This document shows, one piece after another, positions 55,317-64,000 of a stretch of 64,000 nt of DNA. The position numbers and the translations under genes are program-made. The notes beneath the pieces were generated by a model. It did not search any database. It saw nothing but the letters and a program-made list of their open reading frames with translations, and was not told the DNA's origin. Source of the stretch: Eledone cirrhosa (lineage: Eukaryota); contig OZ024741.1 of assembly GCA_964016885.1 (NCBI GenBank), positions 353,462,001 through 353,526,000 of the forward strand, given 5' to 3'. Numbering within the stretch: the first letter of the stretch is position 1; the number at the start of each line of letters is the position of its first letter.

Positions 55317-57657
55317 CAGCATTTCCCAACCTTTTATAATAAATTCCACCTTAATGATATAGCAAAACAGTATGGCCCCCCTAAAAATTAAAATTTTTGA
55401 TATCATTTTTTTTTATGTAGAAATAATTTCGGCATGTCTTTTTATTTCAATCAAATCATTTAAAATTTATTATAAACCCTTTTTCAACAAAAAAACAGTA
55501 AAATAAGAACATATTATTTAATTTCAAAGAACAAATTAATGAGATTTCTGTAATTGTTTGTTTTCAACTAGTTTCTGGAATCTTGAAAGAATAGAGGTAA
55601 GAGCACACCTCAAGTCATCTTCAAATGCCAATTTGTTTCTTGTCTTTGATTTGATTGCTAGCATAGCAGAGAACCCGCTCTTACAAAGATAAGTAGATGA
55701 AAATGGCAGCAACACCTGGATCGCCATATCAGTTATTCTTGGGTAGGACACTTTCATAGAACACCAGAATTGATTCAATTCTTCTGTCTTAAACAAATTC
55801 TTTGATGTTGAGTCATTGATTAGTTCAAGGAATTCTTCTTGAGCGGCTTCTGGTACAACTTCCACATCACAAAGAAAGGGATTTCTTGTCAACTCAAGAT
55901 TTTGTTGACTTAGAACTAGGAAGTACCTCTGAAACTCATCCTCAAGTTGTGACAGATCCTCAGTTATTTCAAGTTCTGTGATCATTTGGAGTTGCTCTCC
56001 ATTTAGAATAGATGTCATTTTTGGAAACATTATAACATTACCTTGGTGAACTTTTTGCTTGTATAATACTAATTTTCCTAGAAAAGCACGGATAGTATCT
56101 GTATGTGACAGAATATTGCAATCTTTCCCTTGCAACTTTAAATTCAAACTATTGAGTATGTCGAAAATGTCAACAAGATAAGCAAGAAGAAGATCAAATT
56201 GATCATGTTGAAATTTTTCCAGAATGTCTTGCTTCTTTTGCTCTTCAACAAACTTTTTCACCACATTGCGACGCGAGAAAAACCTTTCCAAAAATTGACC
56301 AGCTGACAACCAACGGACAGCTGTGTAGTAAAGAAAATTTGTATACTTTGTTGCCAGGTCATCACAAAGTTGTTTGAACAAACGAGTATTCAGAGCTGAT
56401 GATTTGATAAAATTTACAATTTTGACAATGTCTTTGAAGAAATTATTTAATTTTTGAGCCAATGATTTTGATGCAAGGGCTTCCCTGTGTATGAAGCAAT
56501 GTACTCCTACTACTTGTGGTTCTTTAGCTTTTACCAGTGTTGGAAAACCAGACCTTGATCCAAGCATTGCTGGTGCTCCATCTGTTGTTATGCCTATGAG
56601 ACGTTGCTAAAGAATTCCTTGCTTGTCAATAAATGTAGAAATTGATTCCATGACATCAACTGCTTTCGTTGTACCCTCCAACGAATGACAGTAAAGAAAC
56701 TCCTCTTTCATATGACCATTAAACAAATAGCGACAGAAGACTAGGAGTTGAGAACACATGGAAACATCAGTTGATTCATCAAGCAGCAATGCAAACCATG
56801 GTGACTCCTTAATTTGCTCAACGATTTGATCCTTCAAATCTTCCGATATATCATTTATCCTTCGTTTTATCGTGTGATTTGACAAGGATGTATCATTTAA
56901 CTTCTTTGAAGCACTTTCTCCAACAAAAAGTTTAACCATCTCTTTGGCACAAGGCAAAATCAGTTCCTCGGCAATCGTATGCGCCTTCTTTTGTTGAGCA
57001 ATCAGATAAGCAACACGATAGAAAGCTTCAACAATAGTATCACTTACTTCAAGCTTTTGATTTTTTAAACCATCTGATTTCCTTTTAAAATAAGATTCAT
57101 CTTTTCCAAGTAGTTCAGGATGACATTTTGAAAGATGTAATTGAGCTAAGAAGGCCTCATAGAGTCATTTCCCAGTACCTTGAAACAAGTTACACATTGA
57201 GGCAAATCAATATTGTTCTTTTGCATGCAAACAAATCCCATTTGAAGATATGAATCATCATACTTTCTTTTTTTCTGTTTTTCTGACATTGAGAAATTCA
57301 CTAAAATAAATAAAAAAAAGTTTCTATATCCAGTTTTAAATGATAAATTTACTAAAATAAATAATATATATCCTGTTATAAAAATAAGTTTCTTTACTAA
57401 CTTTATTTACTAAAATATAAATTGTTATATCCAGATTTAAAAAATTATCAAGTGAATAATTATCACAATTAGAAAAGGTAGAAAGTTGATAAAAAGTTGA
57501 ATATAAAAATTTGAAGCAAGAAAAAGAAAAAATTGTTAGGAAACTACTCTTCTTTTTTATGTATGAAATTTTGTGATTTTTAGTTAATTTCAGTGGCTCC
57601 CCCAATAACTTGCTATGACCCACTGGTGGGCCATGGCCCCCTGGTTGGAAACCAATG
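55317..57657 (-). mobile_element. hAT DNA transposon (Charlie/Buster group), full length
   Basis: 8-bp TSD TTCTAGAG at 55309-55316 and 57658-57665; imperfect TIRs CAGCATTTCCCAACC / CATTGGTTTCCAACC. Confidence 0.93.
55536..57289 (-). pseudogene. Buster/Charlie-type hAT transposase (ZBED5/SCAND3-like family) with a frameshift ~57150 and a stop at ~56607
   Basis: BED finger PQCVTCFKVL..H..HP, ALLLDESTDVS, ITTDGAPAM, HCFIHREAL, VRWLS, LLPFSSTYLCKSGFS (catalytic E position reads K). Confidence 0.92.
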
Positions 57658-57818
57658 TTCTAGAGAGTGTGTTTAAAATGTCAAAAAGAGATGTCTCCTT
57701 GTGATATATGTATAGCTAGTTATAGTAAAGGATAAATAAAGAGGAAGGAGGAAAAAACAACGTGAAGTTTATACTGCCTAAAAGAAAACAACAGATATAA
57801 CAGATATACTAAGTACAC

Positions 57819-57886
<68 letters not shown>

Positions 57887-57948
57887 TTTTATATATATAT
57901 ATGTATATATTTATTTTTATATATAAATATATATATATACACACACAC

Positions 57949-58094
<146 letters not shown>

Positions 58095-58328
58095 TTAGAA
58101 ACACACAGATACATGCGGACACACACATATATACATGAATGCATCCGCACCCAACTGTGAGTTAAGGGTGCCAACTTCACCGATGTTGCTCAATGAATGA
58201 CTGGGACAGACCAATTCAGTTTGAACCAGACTGAACCAGTATCAGAGTTAAAAATACATTATGAAGAGAGAAGAAACATTTAGATATAATTAGTAATAAA
58301 ATGTATCATACCTAAACTGTTCCTAAAT

Positions 58329-58416
58329 TCCTCGACTACGTAGTTTCGTGGCATAAACAAAAACAATATATCAAAGATATAGAGTCCTTGCGAGGTCTGC
58401 CGACTTATCAAGAGGA
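58329..58416 (-). ncRNA. Type I hammerhead motif, U3-A8 core (left arm)
   Basis: Reverse complement of 59236-59323. Confidence 0.75.
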
Positions 58417-59235
58417 TACCTCATTTTACTAGTCTCAAGAACGCGTCTACACGACGTGAGAAAGAATCCCAAAAGGCGGAGGGGGAGATAGTCACGCGAT
58501 ATAACGGTCGAGAAACAGAGCTAAGCCTCTTATAACCACGAAAAAAATACCACGGAGGCGGAGGGGGTATTCATATCGAGGCCGTAGAAGAGGTAGTGAA
58601 GAAGGCGAGAAGTATGAGTAATGGAAGCTTTCCAGTTGTCCCCACACCTCAAAGATTGCTCGACCAGAGGGAGTTATTAATACATTTAGAAACACACAGA
58701 TACATGCGGACACACACATATATACATGAATGCATCCGCACCCAATTAGGTATGATACATTTTATTACTAATTATATCTAAATGTTTCTTCTCTCTTCAT
58801 AATGTATTTTTAACTCTGATACTGGTTCAGTCTGGTTCAAACTGAATTGGTCTGTCCCAGTCATTCATTGAGCAACATCGGTGAAGTTGGCTCCCTTAAC
58901 TCACAGTTGGGTGCGGATGCATTCATGTATATATGTGTGTGTCCGCATGTATCTGTGTGTTTCTAAATGTATTAATAACTCCCTCTGGTCGAGCAATCTT
59001 TGAGGTGTGGGGACAACTGGAAAGCTTCCATTACTCATACTTCTCGCCTTCTTCACTACCTCTTCTACGGCCTCGATATGAATACCCCCTCCGCCTCCGT
59101 GGTATTTTTTTCGTGGTTATAAGAGGCTTAGCTCTGTTTCTCGACCGTTATATCGCGTGACTATCTCCCCCTCCGCCTTTTGGGATTCTTTCTCACGTCG
59201 TGTAGACGCGTTCTTGAGACTAGTAAAATGAGGTA

Positions 59236-59323
59236 TCCTCTTGATAAGTCGGCAGACCTCGCAAGGACTCTATATCTTTGATATATTGTTTTTGTTTATG
59301 CCACGAAACTACGTAGTCGAGGA
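59236..59323 (+). ncRNA. Type I hammerhead motif, U3-A8 core, long stem II
   Basis: tcctc-TTGATAA-gtcggca...tgccac-GAAA-ctacgtag-TC-gagga; GUC site. Confidence 0.78.
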
Positions 59324-59392
59324 ATTTAGGAACAGTTTAGGTATGATACATTTTATTACTAATTATATCTAAATGTTTCTTCTCTCTTCATA

Positions 59393-59557
<165 letters not shown>

Positions 59558-59567
59558 TATGTTTATG

Positions 59568-59613
<46 letters not shown>

Positions 59614-59619
<6 letters not shown>

Positions 59620-60125
59620 ACGTAAAATAAGAAAATTTAAAAAAAAAATTTCAAAAGAATTAACTTACTTACTTAAATTTTCACTCCAACTAATTAGTTT
59701 CTGCAATGGGATAAAGACAGTTACGTAATGAACTGTTGAGAATTTCATTGCGTCATCAGGGAGGTCTATTCTCAGCCAAGTCTCCAGGCAATGCGCGGAC
59801 ACTGGGGACTCATATAAAAATAATAATAATTCGGTAAATGGAACAGCTATCGAGGACTGGATTCCAGGCACTGAAAATTCTCACTGCCACTGGTCAAATG
59901 GCCGATTCTAAAGAATCAATCACGTGACACAGAGGCTAGTCAGTAGGAATGGGATGGTAAGATGACAGACGCCTACTAACACCCCCCAAAAAATTTAGTA
60001 GTGGTTTTGGCAGGTTTGCTCGACAAATCAGTGATTTGGAGATAAATATAGATAATTTAATATATATACTAACATAAGCGCACAGATGTACGCCAATGCC
60101 AGCAAATACACAGGTTATGTCTTAG
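59614..60125 (-). mobile_element. Circularly permuted monomer of the ~523-nt family with HHR at 59683-59764
   Basis: Reads through the unit junction seen at ~39527; ctcc-CTGATGA-c gcaatg..cattgc a-GAAA-ctaattag-TT-ggag. Confidence 0.82.
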
Positions 60126-60132
60126 ATATGTA

Positions 60133-60241
<109 letters not shown>

Positions 60242-60292
60242 ATATATATATAAATGTATATATATATATATATATATATGGATATATATATG

Positions 60293-60355
<63 letters not shown>

Positions 60356-60683
60356 ACACATATATATATATGTATACATATTAACCACAGTACTACCTCA
60401 AATATCGAGTACTCTGGTGAGTAATGGTTTACTGGTTTTTACCACCTCCAATCTGATATACATATGTAGGTTGATTGGGGCTCAAAAGGGATCGGGCGAA
60501 GATTTTAAGAACAACATTTTTGCCCGTTCCCTTATCGCTTCAATTTGGATTGCCTCGAGAATGCAACTTTATTATGTAAGAAGCTGTCTGATGAGATCAT
60601 GGCACTGGGACACGGAATCGCGTGGCCACTGTCGTCATCGAGATAAAGGACTTTAACATCTGAATCTACTTTGCATTTCATTA

Positions 60684-60848
60684 TATTGGCAGTATCGGTA
60701 GAGCATCGGACGCCATGCTTTACAGCAAAGAGTTACGGCCTTTCAAATCCCGCCGAAGATAACTTTGCCTTTCATCCTTACGGGGTCGATAAAATAAAGT
60801 ACCAGTAATACATTGAGAAAATTTCTGACCTTGTAGAAACAATTATTA
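60684..60848 (+). mobile_element. tRNA-derived Meta-core SINE
   Basis: ttggcagtatcggtagag..ttcaaatcccgccg..gcctttcatccttacggggtcgataaaataaagtaccag. Confidence 0.83.
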
Positions 60849-60898
60849 TATATATATATAATTACAACAGTGGCATAAACAGGTAGTTATATATATAC

Positions 60899-61071
<173 letters not shown>

Positions 61072-61679
61072 TGGAAATTTAGTAAAATCGAATCTCTGGC
61101 GGTTTGCAAGTAAATTCGGCCTACTTATATGAAATGATGAGTTAGCAAAGCACTCGATAAGTTAGGGCCTTAGAGTAATAACATACGTTTAAATAGCTTG
61201 ACAAATCGCACATTCTGGTAGACAAATCTAACACACAATACTATACCAAAGTAACGATAGAACTAAGAGGTTGAGAAAAATACACCTGGACAAATCAAAC
61301 GATTAATCGTCTAAAGTGTTTCTTTGAATCCAAAATCAAATATCAGACTTACGTGACTGGCAAGCTCGTGGTATTCATGATCGAACGGAGGATTCAATTT
61401 TTCAACAGGATTTTCGTTCTACGCAGATCCGAGGTGATAAGCTAAATGCTGCTGCTACATGCGGCGTATCGTATCTATAGCTGTCACGTGTTAATTCCGG
61501 CAAGGGAAATAACCAGCGGTTTTTGGCGGGTCATTCAAAATGTTAGACAAAGGAAATATTTTAATTTCCGCTAATCATCATGATAAGCTCTCAACTAGAT
61601 GTTATAAAACAAACACAAATAATTAACCAATCAACAGAATTGTCTAATTAAATTAATTAGTTAATTATTAAATCTAGGA

Positions 61680-61758
<79 letters not shown>

Positions 61759-61855
61759 AGAGATGTCAACATGAATGGACCTGTTATTTTTATCTGAAGA
61801 CATTTCTTCCATTCCAACCCGCCCGTCCCCTCAATCTATCTTATTTCTCATTCTT

Positions 61856-61891
61856 TTTTCTGATGAAGGACTAGCGTCTGAAACGTTAAGA
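61856..61891 (+). ncRNA. Minimal hammerhead motif of PLE type
   Basis: tttt-CTGATGA-aggac tagc gtct-GAAA-cg-TT-aaga, within a short insert next to (TA)n. Confidence 0.62.
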
Positions 61892-63019
61892 TCCTCTTAC
61901 TGCTATATCAAGCGTTAACCTAATATATCCCTGTGTGTATGTGTATGTGTACATACACACACATATGTATATATACACATATAGACACACATATAATGTC
62001 TATATATCTACAAAACAAATAGTAGTAAGGAAAAAGAATTTTTCCTGTAGAAAATGTTGAAGAGACATTTTTGGTGAAATTTCAATATATAACAATATAT
62101 ATATATATATATATATGCCAGAAATAATAACAGAACACACCCACTGTTTGGTTTGGGTTGATTTTCGCTTCTGCATCTTTTATATCTCCATAGTTAATTT
62201 ATTTGGCAATCAATGTTTATTATTGATTGATCAGCGGTTAAAAATACAGATATATATATATATATATATATATATTTTACTCTTAATTCGGCCGGAGATT
62301 TACATTCCCATTTGCCCTTTAAAGCATAACTTTCCGTATTTACTACGGTTACGAGATGCGGTTTCTTATTCAGGTACAACCTCTGATTTTAGCCTAAGAA
62401 AATATCTATATGCGTGTGTAATTTATACATGCATATATTTATTTTTTTAATTTCAATTGAGTTCTTAACACGTTGGATTGATATTGTTTTCGAAAAAACT
62501 GATTAACCCGCGTGTATATTATTATTTTTTTTCCTCCTTCGTGGATCGTAGTTGTCTCCCCTTCCCGCTTAGTGACGCTATAATACTTCCTCAGTCAAAA
62601 ACTGCTGGAATTTCAAATTTGCCGGTCTTTCGATGCGGGAAGGAGCAACTTAACAGACACGAATTTTAACTGCGGTAAGAAAAATGTTTTTCTTATATCA
62701 AAGTTTAATGGGCTTCCACTGATGATTTATATGCGCCCACCTAAATATATTCTTACATGAATGTATATTAGGCTTCTACATAAACTGGAAATATTCTCCG
62801 AATTTGTAGAAAACTTATAATGAAACAATTGTTTGGAAAGAGAGATATATTTTAACTTTAATTATATCTCATAAAATAATACAACTGGCTTTTCCACATA
62901 ATACATATTGTTAGCACCCCAAACACTTAAATTGGGTTTATATTAAAATATAACCTAATGTTTGTTGAGTGAGATGGTTACCAGTCAGAGATTAGCTTTA
63001 AACTATCTCTGTTTTTGTA

Positions 63020-63056
<37 letters not shown>

Positions 63057-63690
63057 ATCAAAGTTCTTTCGTTGCACATCTGCAACATCATCAGTGGTAC
63101 TATTATGTTCCATCCTATTGTATTGTAATGTATATGCCATATGTATATATCTAGATAGATGTATATATATTTGTGTATGTGTGTTTGTACATGTTTGTGT
63201 GTGTGTGCATGTGTAAGTGTATGTATGTGATTGCGTGAAAGGTAAGAAGAGAAAAACAGATATATAACTTGAAAATATAGAGAGGAAAATCAGATAGAGA
63301 AACTGGGCAACAGAATTACTTAATGACAGAGAATCAGGTAACCAGTGAATAGCAATGCCTTGTTATAGTCACAACCTCGCAGACTGGAACCAGTAAGAGA
63401 ATAAAAGAATATGCAGACAGTCGGATAGGAAGAGTTACAAACAAGATGTTATAGATAAGACGTAAGTTGGTAAGGAAAAGATGAAGAAAATGGAGAAATC
63501 GGAAGTAGGGGCTACATCTCTATAGAGGAAAATGTCAGAAAATAGTGACAGAGTGTGTGTATGTGTGTATGTGTGTGTGTGTATGTTTGAAAGAGAGGGA
63601 GAGAGGGAAAGAAGGGGAGAGAGAGGGATTAGTATGTTTTTGATAGAATAAAATGAAGAGAGAGAGAGAGAAGGAGGAGAGATAGTGGGT

Positions 63691-63743
<53 letters not shown>

Positions 63744-64000
63744 GAGCAGGAGACATGAAATAAAGGAAATGTAAAATGGAATGGACGGTATGGAAGACTG
63801 AAGGAGATGTTTATATGATCGATGAAAATCCAGTAGCTCTCTTTCGCCATCAAATTATTCCAAGATCGAAGCCGTCGTTGTTCAATAGCAAGACATTGAT
63901 TATTTGTGGCGAAAGTTAATTTAGCAGCGCCGATGATGACTTCTTTTAATCCTTAAGAACCATTGTCTGAATTCCTCCATAAACAGTTTTGATGTCTTTG

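Noticed and set aside
55536-57289. Domesticated ZBED5/SCAND3-like host gene
   Set aside because: TIRs, TSD, frameshift and stop show it is a decayed transposon
58492-59160. Identical 75-aa ORFs on opposite strands (also at 35556-35992)
   Set aside because: A consequence of the inverted duplication; no coding motifs
60588-60650. CTGATGA in a dispersed repeat shared with 19120-19255
   Set aside because: No GAAA/stem III/UH downstream; the other copy has CTGGTGA
63850-64000. Possible terminal coding exon at the window edge
   Set aside because: Only short open frames with no recognisable motif

Overview
AT-rich eukaryotic (metazoan) repeat-dominated DNA; the SINEs and (TA)n load resemble a cephalopod/octopus genome (inference, not verified). 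No host protein-coding gene is supportable. Bases 1-9750 are a 16-bp satellite with higher-order duplications, followed by a 200-N gap. The rest is a mosaic of transposons, many sitting in microsatellites: a near-intact Penelope-like element (PLE; RT + C-terminal GIY-YIG) with a 5' inverted end, a decayed Tx1-type LINE in (GATA)n, RTE-type LINE fragments (one with an internal inversion), a CRE-type fragment, a full-length decayed hAT (Charlie/Buster) transposon with an 8-bp TSD, and tRNA-derived SINEs. The main signal is a dense set of short non-coding fold-back or tandem elements between (TA)n tracts that carry type I hammerhead ribozyme (HHR) motifs. I read about 24 motifs from about 12 apparently unrelated families in 54 kb. 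Four families use a compensatory U3-A8 core (TTGANAA). Three families occur as greater-than-unit-length, circularly permuted monomers (438, 523 and 591 nt), as expected for retrozyme-like circular RNA replicons, plausibly mobilised by PLE proteins. All structures and coordinates were read by eye and need computational and biochemical confirmation.
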